DNA of 43,949 nt from Octopus bimaculoides (GCF_001194135.2 NC_069005.1:34557001-34600949); one strand, 5' to 3'; shown: positions 25,800-37,895, numbered from the stretch's first letter. The notes: generated from the letters alone by a model not told the origin. Program-made: numbers and translations.

Positions 25800-25982
25800 C
25801 TTAATGTTTTTCCTGGTATTAATGGTGACAGCCATGCTGCCTGGAAAACTGTCTTTCACTTTGCTAAGACGTCTCCCCTGAAGCTTCTCATCGCACAACA
25901 TTCAGTCGCTTGTTTAGTTTTGACATTACCTCCCCTTCTTCCTCCTCTTCCTCCTCTCTTCTTCTAGTACTGCTGCGGCTGG

Positions 25983-26038
<56 letters not shown>

Positions 26039-26228
26039 TCATTTTCCTTCCCGTTTTATTTCTTCGTTAAAGTTACTTCATTCTTGTCGTCATCTGTTTT
26101 ACCAGATCGCTTCCACAATCAGTTTCTGATGCATTGTTTGTTGTGGGTTTCTCCTATTGTTGTCATGCTTCCTTTTCTTAACACTTCACCAACACAGAAG
26201 TACTCATACATAAGACAGACAGACAGAC

Positions 26229-26286
<58 letters not shown>

Positions 26287-26296
26287 CAGATAGACG

Positions 26297-27155
26297 TACG
26301 GGGTGTTCGGGCTAAATTTGACAGCTTCCTTAAAAGAAGAAAGCATCCCATCCAAAAATAAAAAGTCTTTTAAAGAGTCATAAATGTCACCTATATCGTG
26401 GCTCGGAGATAACAATTTGCTAAGGTTAGCTGCCCTCGTCTTCCACTACGACCTTAACCTGTCGCATGCGTCCCTAGAAAGATCTTCTAACACCTCCTTG
26501 ATCTTGGCCACCAGCTCGGTCTTGGTGTAGCAGGCAGAGCGGTTGATTTCTTTCTCAATTGCGCCCCAAATATAGTAATCCATGGGATTACAACCAGGAG
26601 GATTAGGAAACCAGAAACTGGAGTTGTAGAAGTTCTCCGACAACCACTTCTGATTCTTTCTGCGGGTATGGCAAGAAGTTGTATCTTACTGTCACATTTA
26701 CGGCCTTCCAGCAGCAACCCTCTTCAGTCATGGATTAACCAGTCTCCAGCAGTTTCACATAACCATCTGAATTGAGTTTAGGCTCTGTTCAAAGATGTAG
26801 AACAGCATCACGTCACTTTTAGAATGCTTGTTGTGTCCCTTCCTGCTGGCCACGGCTTCGTAGTCTCCGTTGCCGCTGTCCATGTCACGCCTTACAGCCT
26901 TTACACTCTTCACAGAGCGTTGAGCAACAGTCAAGATGTCGGCGTATTGATGATAGTCGGCGCTAATCATCATGATACAGGATAACCCTTTTCCGATATT
27001 CAGATGGCTTCCAGTCCTCCATGTCAGCTAACGCTTTCTCAACTACAACTTTAATCTTTCTGTTTTCCAACATCGTTGACTGTTCACCAATAATACATCA
27101 AGCTGTTCCCGAAAAAGGGGAAACAAAAATAATCATCAGGAACACCCTCCATGTA
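26297..27155 (-). mobile_element. Decayed, internally deleted Tc1/mariner-superfamily transposon (maT/mariner-like, third catalytic residue D)
   Basis: P*LKRVAAGRP*M*Q*DTTSCHTRRKNQKWLSENF...PNPPGCNPMDYYIWGAIEKEIN...L..KIKEV. Weak terminal inverted repeat core gggtgttc at both ends with nearby TA. Confidence 0.8.
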
Positions 27156-27177
27156 TAAAAAAGAATAAGACAAACAC

Positions 27178-27345
27178 TAGGCACATGGGCAACCAGTTAG
27201 AGCGTTGATTTCACGTTCATAAGGTCGGTGGTTCGATTCCTGCTTGAGGTAGTGCATTGCATCCTTGAGCAAGGTGCTTCATTTCAGACTGATCCATTCT
27301 TCTCAGCTAAAATTAGTATCAACGGAGTGTTAGTACGACTGTCTC
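27178..27345 (+). mobile_element. tRNA-derived SINE, family C-like, diverged
   Basis: B-box ggttcgattcc and body ccttgagcaaggtgcttcatttca similar to 39346-39590. Confidence 0.6.
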
Positions 27346-27708
27346 TCTTGCAGCTGTCACATCTTCGCTGTTCTGCTAGTTGAAGAGCGGGAGGGCCGCC
27401 GTGAATGCGTCTATGTCCTGTTGCTACTACACAGACGCCTAAAACAATTAGCGAAAGCATGGCACTTTCTAACAGATCATACTCTCGAGTGACAGCTGTA
27501 GTTTTTGTAGTTAATCATATTATATGTATATGTGTGTGTGTGTGTGTATAACATTGTGCATATCGTGTATAACACGATCGTGTATAACACGATCGTGTAC
27601 ACACAAACATGGAACGGCTCTCGCTAGGAGACTATTTTCATCTTTGTGGCATCATGTGCGTATACTCATTACACGCACACACGTACACACTCACACATAC
27701 GTATGCAG

Positions 27709-27774
<66 letters not shown>

Positions 27775-28023
27775 CATATATATATGCATGTATGTATGTA
27801 CGTATGTATGTATGTGTATATATGATTGTGTGTAGCTAGATAGATACATACATACATACATACATATATAGAGTATGAACACACACATAAACACTAGCAG
27901 TACACCTCCCTTCGTTTTCAATTAAGCAGCCCATGCCAAAATGAATCGACGTACCACACATACACACACACAAGTGCATACATACACATACAAACCAACA
28001 ACATCAACAAAATAATGATTGTT

Positions 28024-28087
<64 letters not shown>

Positions 28088-28606
28088 CAATAATAAACGT
28101 AGTCTCTTCGCTAAACCTTAGCTCTCGGCATTGTCATAAACAACGGATCTCTCTCGAGATAAGCTAACCATTTTTTTTTTTTTTCCAATATATAATTGGT
28201 GAACCCATTTAGTCAATGGAATCACTGAAATCTAAGTACTCAGACGTTTCTCCTGGGAATTGTCCGTTTTTCTTCCAGTTCTTTTATATTTATTTTCGCT
28301 TTGTGTTTGAGATTTTTGCTGGGGTTTTTTTTTTTTTGTTTTGTGTATTTGTGTATTTTTGCGGGATTTTGATGAGGAGGTTGTTGTTGTCGTAGTTGTT
28401 GTTGTAGTAACTGTTGCTGTCGCTGGTTTACATTTCTGCTTGCTTTTTCGGTCGTTTAGAGATTGGTGGTGAGAAGAGGAGATTATTAAAATGTCTTGAT
28501 CGATAGATTCTTTGATGCTTACTTGCAAGAATGGACACAGGCATTGTCAAACGTTTCAGAAATACGCTTCTCAAATCATTGGGTCTCGGATGCGGTCTCA
28601 CACTAC

Positions 28607-28688
28607 CTAACATCTAAGACAAGTGCCTTTTGCCACAGCTTTGGAGTGACTGCAGCTTTAGCAGTAAATCTGAGCAGATGGAAGCCCA
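28607..28688 (-). CDS. Candidate 82-nt exon xGFHLLRFTAKAAVTPKLWQKALVLDV
   Basis: Branch-like ctaat plus gtttttccag| acceptor; donor TAG|gtagtg. An alternative donor CAA|gtaagc lies at 28523. Only one frame is open. Confidence 0.25.
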
Positions 28689-29278
28689 CTGGAAAAACTG
28701 TAACTGTAATTGATTAGACCTGCATTACTACATATTGCGTCACGCAAATCAGCCTAAGAATCACATTACGTGTAGGTTTGTCTTAGGAATACTCAGCCAC
28801 TTACACGTTAAATTGATGATTAAGGTTGTTCATTTAATTGAACAATTAGAATACTTATCCCCGAAAATGACGAGGAACTCGTAAAATAAGGATCTATGAC
28901 TGAGTACGTATGTGTATAAATGTGCAAATAGTTTCGGTTTACTGCTCTGTGTTCAAACAGTAAGTGAGGAAGATATAAAAGAAAGCCAAATGTTATGAAA
29001 ACCAACTGAAGCACCATGTCTACCTTTTCAGGTTATTTGAAATGTTTAGTAACATGAGCTGACTGTGCTCCGTACTTGTAAAAATATATAAACTCTATAT
29101 TCGTTATATTGAGTGCTCTGTCACAGGAAACTCGCTTGGGTATGTGTGTGTGTGTGTTTACATTGTTTGTAGTGGTGTACAGATTTTCAGCATTTTGGAT
29201 AATTATTTATTTATCACTTTCATCTCGTTTCATATGTACGTATGATTATACACACACACGCGCGTGTGTGCGTGTGTG

Positions 29279-29371
<93 letters not shown>

Positions 29372-31699
29372 GTGTGTGTGCATATTCTATTATTGTCATC
29401 AGACATACTCCCTGAACTTCAAACAATCTGACGCTGATACCCGGACAGACCATCGAAGCACGAGCTGGTCCAGGCATAATTGCAGAGTAAACACAATTCT
29501 CCTTGCTCATAGTGAGATTATTTCCCTTCTCTCTGTCTTGTATGTGTATATTCATGCAGGTATGTATGTATGTATGTATGTATGTATGTATGTATGTGTG
29601 TGTGCGTGTGTACGCGTGTGTCCATACACAAATACACGCATGCATTTTCACATGCACACACATACACTCACACACACACACACTCACACACACACACACA
29701 CTCACATATATACTCACACACACACACATCTTATATGAATATATACCCTGCAGTTATAGAATTTGCATTGAGTTATGTGTGGATTTTGGTCTTCTTGATC
29801 GATTGAACAAGTTCTCATGCGTGCGCGCACACACACACACACACATACATATAGAAATGTACTCATAAATATATACACATATATATATAAATATATATAT
29901 AATGATTATGTGTGTGTTTGTGTAATATGCATATGAGTGCACATGAATATATGTAGGCATTGTATATATGTATGTATACGTTTTGCATATAACCATTACC
30001 ATAGAGACACACATGCAGGCTTGCATCTATACGTACATACCAATATGTATATATATATATATTGATGTTTCCATATTTTGCAATAATAAGCGAATAAAAC
30101 AAACGATCTCATCAGATATTCCATACATGTCGTGTTAAACCACACACACACATATACAGACACACGTGTGTGAATGTATGCCTGCGTATCTGTGTGTGTG
30201 CGTATGTGTGCGCCTGTGTGTGTGTGTACAGGTATGCGTGTTTGTGTTTGTGTGTGTATGGGTATGCGTGTGTGTTTTATATATAAAAAAAACACAAAAA
30301 CAAACGCAGGCCAAGCAATGAAAGACAGTACAAGGCAACTTGCATTATCCATGTGAGTTTGTTATAAATTCCTGTATGAACGTGAAGAACATAAAACCAA
30401 AGAAAAAACTACGCAAATAAATAGGCACACACACATTACATACACGCATTAGCTGGAGTAAACACACACAGCCATTACGCATAAAACAAAAAGCTTTTCT
30501 CGTAATTCTTTCCAAGAACTGCTATTTGCAATATGCTGTGAGTAGAACAATAGTGTTTCCTACTTTCTATTTTTCAGCGGGGTTTGGTGTAAGTGGAACC
30601 GCTGACTGAGTTAAGTCTTTTGAATAGAATCGCTATGGGTTCGATCCACCTTTACGTCTCCTATTCTCTTACATAGCCAGAAGAAATTTGTGCTTAATAT
30701 TAACCAAACAAAATATGAATAATAATAATAATAATTACTATTACTATTATTATTATCATAACATATAATATTATTTTCAGTATTTAAGCGCGTTGTATTT
30801 TCTAAGAATAATGACTCTAGCCGCTACCCGTCCACTTATTACCACCTGTTCAACAAGAGATAACCTGAAGCAATATAACAACTAGTATCACAAGCAATAT
30901 TAACTCTTATAACCGTGAATACACACTATAGACACCGCTACTATGCCGGAACTAACAATTATACCCACCTGTAACTATTATACCCACCTGTAACTACTAT
31001 AAATCACGAACAGAAACTACTGAGACCATCTATGACTACTATTGTCACGAATACTAACTATTATAACTGTCCGTAACTATTATCTAGCCACCAACTATTG
31101 TAGCTCTCTACAATGACTATTGCCACTATTAGTATTATAACCATTCCTATTATACCACCTCCACCTATACTAAGAACTGTAACTATAACTATTACGACCG
31201 CCAATGCTAACTGTTCTTTAACGGAATTGTTTCTGCCTGAGTTTGGTTTAATATTCAAAAAGATAACTCGGGGAAGATGGGAAGCAACAACATGGCACCG
31301 TAAAAGAGTGTCATTTACACGGAGTGATCTCGCCTCTGCTAGAGTTTCAGGTTAATTGTTGTGTTGCTATATTAAAATGTTTATATATTTGGTCCAGACC
31401 GTCAATATATAACTACCAACGAAATATAAGACATTATGAATTATTCAACGATTCCATGTATTCATTCACTTGGCATGTTGTGAAGTCGCTGGCAGACAGG
31501 CAGCAGAAGAATCGTGAGGAGTGATAACACTATTTCACATGATGTCATAACACGTTTGTGAAATGTACCGTTATTTAATAAAACTACCAATATAAACTAC
31601 CACTGGGACAACAAGGGAATCTTCAGAAATAGCAACTAAACTCCATCATATTATATCCTACAGCTTGAAGTAAAGGAAGACACGTTCAATTGTGTTGTC

Positions 31700-31891
31700 C
31701 AGTGGTTCTCGATCTTTTAATATGCGGGCCAGATCCAAAATCTGGATTCTTTTAGTGGGGCCGTACCAAAAAAAAGTAAATCACAAGTCAGTTAATAGAG
31801 GAGTTTATAGAGGAGAGACCATTGGGAGGCACCGGAAGGATTCTTGGGGCGGGGTGTATGCGGCCCTAGGATCTACGGTTAAGAACCGCTG
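31700..31891. mobile_element. hAT-like MITE
   Basis: Terminal inverted repeats cagtggttct / agaaccgctg, about 190 bp, non-coding. The right flank ctctaaac resembles the Charlie-type target; no intact target-site duplication. Confidence 0.6.
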
Positions 31892-32098
31892 CTCTAAACC
31901 TACACAAACGTAAACGAAAGTGATGCTCGTGACTAGAATGTCTTTGATCGTAGGGTCTCCTCTATCAAGGCTGACCTGGGGCTAAACAACTACTACTACC
32001 GTTCATAACTGCTACAGTCACTAGCTTCAAGAATCACCAATACTGTTGTAGCCACCAATACTAATCCTTATCGCCGTCAATATCCTATAATCGTCTAA

Positions 32099-32282
32099 GA
32101 CGGCGAGATAGCAGAATTGATAGCAACGCCGGACAAACTACTTAGCGACATTTCGTGCGTCTTTACGTTATGAGTTCAAATTTTGCCGGGGTCAACTTTT
32201 CCTTTCCTCCTTGCAGGAGCGATAAAGGAAGTACCAGTTACCCCTCTCCTAAAATCGCTGGCCTTGTGCTAAAATTTGAATC
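32099..32282 (+). mobile_element. SINE family B, diverged
   Basis: Shares gtctttacgttatgagttcaaatt and cgctggccttgtgctaaaatttgaa with 19748-19958. Confidence 0.8.
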
Positions 32283-32454
32283 CAATATACTATAGTCGTC
32301 CGAATTAACATAACCAGTATAACTACTATTAACTATTTTAATTATGTGAAATGAAATATGTAACTGTCTGTCAACACGTGCAAATATATTTTAGTCTTTT
32401 TGTTTTTTCGTCATTTGCATGACTAATTTCATTTTGATACAACCCAAGGCTTAC

Positions 32455-32519
32455 TCTGTCTGACACATCTTGGGACGTCTACTTCATATTCATATATCGT
32501 ACTAGAAAAGAAAATATTC
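32455..32519 (-). CDS. Small coding exon with two in-frame acceptors (65 or 47 nt): (NIFFSS)TIYEYEVDVPRCVRQ
   Basis: Acceptors tcttcttttcttttgtatag| (32519) and ttttcttttctag| (32501) lie 18 nt apart; donor AGA|gtaagc. Only one frame is open. Exit phase 1 fits exon 24201-24233. Confidence 0.48.
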
Positions 32520-32854
32520 CTATACAAAAGAAAAGAAGACTTGTTTTATATGTATTTTAACCTTGTAATTGTTCATAATTTTCGACACTTCAAGTACTCG
32601 AAATTCATGACAAACAACAAAACTGAACGCTTGATTCAGCTCTGAGCATTCTTTGTGTGTAAACAACATTATTGTATAAAAGCAATTATAATGTATGTCT
32701 CTGTGACATGAGGGTGATTTAGTTGTTGCATCTAACAGTTTAAGCATCTAACACAGAGAGACTCCCTCGCTGTAATGTCACAGTTAGAACTGGTTAAAAT
32801 CGTTGTAAATTTTAATTAGAAAATGAAATATTTATATTAGAAAGACGTACATAC

Positions 32855-32861
32855 TGGTAAA
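32855..32861 (-). CDS. Candidate 7-nt microexon TTTACCA
   Basis: tattttgttataatcag|TTTACCA|gtatgt. It supplies the phase 1-to-2 change needed between exon 33845-33856 and exon 32455-32519. Could be chance. Confidence 0.22.
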
Positions 32862-33284
32862 CTGATTATAACAAAATACTGGCTTTCACTTCCCACATTC
32901 ATTCTCCTATTCGTTTCCACTTCTCTATTCTATTTATCTTTATATCTATCTATCTTTGTATCTACCTATCTATCTAACTATCTATCTATTTATCTATCTG
33001 TCTTACTCTGCCTCCGGACACCCCTTTATCTGGCTTTTCTCCTTCTCTTCAATTTCTCCAACATATTCTTTTTAAAAGTTAATAAAATCAAAACAGATTA
33101 ACTGAATAGATGGAATTATCTATTTAAAGCCAAGAATACAAAATCCATGAATGAAATTGAGAAAGAATACATGCTCCTTACTCTGAAATGAACTAATGGA
33201 GATTTTTCGTTTCTTGCATAGTGCTAATTTGGGTCGTCAGCGAGGTAGACATACAAGCACGCAAGAAAACAAATAAACTTAAAG

Positions 33285-33295
33285 AAAATGGCGGC
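33285..33295 (+). promoter_or_regulatory. YY1-type motif AAAATGGCGGC
   Basis: Exact match to the YY1 consensus (reverse of GCCGCCATTTT); overlaps the ATG at 33288. Confidence 0.35.
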
Positions 33296-33844
33296 ACCTA
33301 ATATTATTAATGTTCTTGTCGCGGCTGTTGAACTCCACGCTGATTCCGTTGTGTGTATGACGATAGATTTGTTTGTCTATATGATGACCTGTGAGTATGT
33401 GCGTATGTGTGTGTGTATGTGTGCGTGTGTGTGCGTGTGTGTGCGTGCGCGCGCGCGTGTGTGTGTATTGACTGGCGTAAAGAGTGTGTGAATATTCCTG
33501 ATAGTTAAGTATTGGTACAGTTAATCAGATTGTATTATAACAGCCAGTATGTTAGAAGGTGTGTCTCGAATTGGTGACGTTTGGTGAATATCTCTGTCCA
33601 GACATTTAATTCGCAGATTTATTCAGGGGTTTTTTTAGTACGAGGCTTTTTTCAGCTATGTTTAACCGCGGTACTTTGTGCGATTTCTCTATAGTCTGCA
33701 TTTCTCGAAGATTCCTAACCTTATGCTGAAATCAGTAGCATGTTCTTTCACGCTCCAAACATAATTGGAAGATTTTGTTGTATTCTGTTTTTGCTATATT
33801 TATAAAGGATGAAGTGTGGTTGAATAACCGTCATATAAACTTAC

Positions 33845-33856
33845 CTTCCATCATAC
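33845..33856 (-). CDS. Candidate 12-nt microexon GTATGATGGAAG (contains ATG ATG)
   Basis: tactatatag|GTATGATGGAAG|gtaagt, 69 nt downstream of a GTAAGT donor. Confidence 0.33.
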
Positions 33857-33925
33857 CTATATAGTATTCATATATAATGTTAAGGCTTTGAATGGCAAGG
33901 TTAGGAAATTTTAGGTTAGACTTAC

Positions 33926-34036
33926 CTTTTAAGGAATAAAGAAGTATGAATAAGCTAATATTGCAACATCTCTTCTTACTTTTGGATGGCAAACGTGATC
34001 CTACCTTCGAATCCATTATTAACTCCGAGTACATTA
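33926..34036 (-). CDS. Candidate exon with two donors (short form 34005-34036, long form 33926-34036); ATG at 34034
   Basis: Acceptor ccccccccctacag|; donors AAG|gtagga and AAG|gtaagt. The long form reads MYSELIMDSKVGSRLPSKSKKRCCNISLFILLYSLK(G). Confidence 0.33.
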
Positions 34037-34106
34037 CTGTAGGGGGGGGGCCAACAATGTCGAATATTTCTTTATTAGATCATTCACGTGTTGGGTTACA
34101 GCTAAC

Positions 34107-34136
34107 CTGTCATCTCTTTAGAATCCAAAATTTACT
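34107..34136 (-). other. Candidate 30-nt non-coding (5' UTR) exon
   Basis: tttgtcag|...GACAG|gttagc with stops in all three frames, followed by a 70-nt intron containing a ctaat branch-like motif. Confidence 0.22.
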
Positions 34137-34785
34137 CTGACAAATTTTTTATTGAGGGTATATACATAAGCTATCAATATCGCATATTTCGCATGTACTG
34201 TGCATACATATATGTGTGTATGTATGCATATATATATATATATACACATACTAACACATACACACATACACTAACACACACACACATATATATATATATC
34301 ATGGTGTATTAAGTGCTCTAATTTTATTCGTATAAACCCGTACAACGCACTACATTATAAGTATGTGTGAATGTGTGAATGTCAACAACGTTTCTAATCC
34401 AAACTGCAAGGAACTGATATGAAAATATAAGGAAACCTTAATTAAACAGATAAAACTGGAAGTTAGCGATGTTTCAAATAAAACATGCTGAAGACATGTT
34501 CAAAAGAACACTTGTTTCCTATGTATGCAAACATATATGCATATATATATATATATATATGTGTGTGTGCGTGTGTGTATGCGTTGTAATATATACATAC
34601 ACACATGTACGCGTGCATGTATGTATGTATGTATGTATGTATATATGTATGTATATATGTATGTATGTCAACGTACATATAATTTATTTCAAGTGGTGTA
34701 AGGTAAACTTAATCAATAGCTGTCTTGATGTCTAATTCTGTTTACCCCAGGTGTGTAAAAAATTGTATGGCAACAACTGCTGCTG

Positions 34786-34828
<43 letters not shown>

Positions 34829-34829
34829 A

Positions 34830-34863
<34 letters not shown>

Positions 34864-34975
34864 ACACTACTAATTTTATGACAATATCTTCACTTCAACA
34901 GATTCATTTTAAGTGTCAGGCTAAAATTTTTTCAGTTTTTTTCTCCGTGTCTGCATATAATAGTAAAAGTATGTA

Positions 34976-35043
<68 letters not shown>

Positions 35044-35399
35044 TGAATCAATGTATGCGTGTGCCCATTTGAGTGTGTATGCCTTGTTATAATTTGTGCG
35101 TGTGTGTTTGAATGCGTGTTTTTGTGTTTATATTGTATCTGTAAGAATGGGTGTCTGAAAGTGTGCCACCACGTACGTGTGCATGTGTGTGTATGAGAGT
35201 GTATGTGTGTACAGGCGTGTGTGTGTGTGTGTGTGTGTGTGTGTATCTCTATGTGTAAATATATTGTCTCTTTGTGAATGAGATGTCCTCTTTGTGAATG
35301 TGTGTCGCCATGTATGTCTGCTCTCTTTCTCACACTTCTCTCGCTCTCTCTCTCTCCTTCCCTCTTTTACTCTATCTCTCTCTCTCCTTCCCTCTTTTA

Positions 35400-35434
<35 letters not shown>

Positions 35435-35900
35435 ACTTTCTCTCTTGTTCTCCTATTTTCTCTCTCTCACTCTTTATTTGTTAATTTCCTATGGATGTTT
35501 ATGGACGTAGCTGTAAATATGTGTATATGCGACACGCATCCTCTCTCTTCTTGTCGCACTAAACCACCTCCCACCCTCTCTNNNNNNNNNNNNNNNNNNN
35601 NNNNNNNNNNNNNNNNNNNNNNNNNNNNNNNNNNNNNNNNNNNNNNNNNNNNNNNNNNNNNNNNNNNNNNNNNNNNNNNNNNNNNNNNNNNNNNNNNNNN
35701 NNNNNNNNNNNNNNNNNNNNNNNNNNNNNNNNNNNNNNNNNNNNNNNNNNNNNNNNNNNNNNNNNNNNNNNNNNNNNNNNNNNNNNNNNNNNNNNNNNNN
35801 NNNNNNNNNNNNNNNNNNNNNNNNNNNNNNNNNNNNNNNNNNNNNNNNNNNNNNNNNNNNNNNNNNNNNNNNNNNNNNNNNNNNNNNNNNNNNNNNNNNN

Positions 35901-35936
<36 letters not shown>

Positions 35937-36093
35937 TTGTTAATTTTATGCAATCTGTTAACTTTCTTTCGACAAAAGATTTGAGTTTTTGTTGTTGATG
36001 TTCTTGTTACCGTCTTATTTGGTTGTGGTTGTGACGGTGTTTTTGCTACTATTCTTGCTTTTGCTTGTTTGTATGTGTTGTTGCTGTTGTTGC

Positions 36094-36154
<61 letters not shown>

Positions 36155-37047
36155 TTCAATTAGTTTTCCTTTACTCTTGTCTTTGAAGATCGATAAACGC
36201 ACACATACACGAGCGCACGCACAAACACTTTACTTAAGTGAAAAGTACTTCCTTGTCATATGTCACACTGATCGATTCAAACTGAGGAACATGCAAACAA
36301 TAAATAATAACAATAATAATAATAGCAATAATAATAATAACAACAACAACAAAACTAATATTTTCCATAGATTGAAAAGAAAATAGCTATACATATAACT
36401 GAACATACGAATGTAATTTAGTATAGATATGCATATATGTTTTTATATATGTTTGTATGTATACATGTATTGAACTCATTTGTTTTCGTATTTCATGTTG
36501 TTTACTGTTGGTGACGTCCTGTGCCCATATATGCATGTGTATATGTGCGTGTGTATATAAATATATATATATATATANNNNNNNNNNNNNNNNNNNNNNN
36601 NNNNNNNNNNNNNNNNNNNNNNNNNNNNNNNNNNNNNNNNNNNNNNNNNNNNNNNNNNNNNNNNNNNNNNNNNNNNNNNNNNNNNNNNNNNNNNNNNNNN
36701 NNNNNNNNNNNNNNNNNNNNNNNNNNNNNNNNNNNNNNNNNNNNNNNNNNNNNNNNNNNNNNNNNNNNNNNNNNNNNNNNNNNNNNNNNNNNNNNNNNNN
36801 NNNNNNNNNNNNNNNNNNNNNNNNNNNNNNNNNNNNNNNNNNNNNNNNNNNNNNNNNNNNNNNNNNNNNNNNNNNNNNNNNNNNNNNNNNNNNNNNNNNN
36901 NNNNNNNNNNNNNNNNNNNNNNNNNNNNNNNNNNNNNNNNNNNNNNNNNNNNNNNNNNNNNNNNNNNNNNNNNNNNNNNNNNNNNNNNNNNNNNNNNNNN
37001 NNNNNNNNNNNNNNNNNNNNNNNNNNNNNNNNNNNNNNNNNNNNNNN

Positions 37048-37895
37048 TCTTGTTCTTTTTGAAACGGATCCGCCGACCTGAGCGCACGAAGGTAATGAAA
37101 TCTCTAGTTGGTACTTTCAACGGTTTTTTCTCACTGTTGTCGTGATCAATTTGGTTTTTCATAGCATTGAAGATAACTTTTATAGCAACAAAGGACCAGG
37201 TTGTGTTTCCATGTATACCTGTTCAATGCTAAGGAACAGTTGGAAAGAATATGTTTCAGTGCTCTGACCTTTCCGCATTTACATCTGTCATTCTCTGAGA
37301 CGTTCCATCTTACGAGATCCCTAGGTGACGGCAAAACATCATAGGATGAGCGAATTAGAAAACTTAGCCGAGACATGGTCCACTTCCATATCTCATTCCA
37401 ACTTATTTTCCTCTCAACAACATGTTCTTCCCATCTCGTCATCTGTCCTTGTTGAATACATCGGATCAAATGAAGCCCTCTTCTCTCTGCTTCCCTCGTT
37501 TTGACATTGTTGCCAACAACAGATCTGCGTTCGCTCCGCATCATATCTGCAAACGGTCTGAACTGATTTGCGCCAAAACCAACTCCTTTCCGATGGTTCT
37601 GTGTTGCACCCACCATATCTCTGTGTATAAGAGATGACAGGATGTCATCAGACTCTGCTTCTGCTTTCCACTTCCTGGCTGTTTTCACCTCTGGTGGATT
37701 ACGTCTGATTTCTATGTCCTTCGATTCTCTCAGCATCATCACCGTCCGTATCTTCCCTAGTTTGTATATTTCGACTATTGACGCTACTGGTAACTGCAGC
37801 GAGCCTCTTTTACGATAAAGAGATGAACTGTTCAGCATCTAAAGTAGGCCTAGCCACTTTCTAATGACAATGTTCCAGCGTATACACGCCCCAAG
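37048..37895 (-). mobile_element. RLE-type non-LTR retrotransposon fragment (HERO/NeSL-like), post-RT region with CCHC zinc knuckle
   Basis: IRKWLGL*MLNSSSLY...QGQMTRWE...RKISWNEIWKW...RLSFLIRSSYDVLPSP.DLVRW...C.CG...LKHILSNC..ALNRYTWKHNLVL, then a frameshift into FITFVRSG. The RLE domain is lost at the gap. Confidence 0.88.

Noticed and set aside
33931-33951. aaggaataaagaagtatgaat resembles miR-1 (tggaatgtaaagaagtatgtat).
   Set aside because: The seed region is disrupted and no complementary arm is present.
33845-34036. Exons 34005-34036 plus 33845-33856 in another frame read NVLGVNNGFEGMMEG, resembling phosphofructokinase (V..GFEGL..G).
   Set aside because: No other PFK motif (MNAAVR, GGSxLGTxR, TMGG) was found nearby on that strand, and the upstream 30-nt exon is closed in all frames. 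Treated as coincidence unless tblastn with PFK finds more exons.
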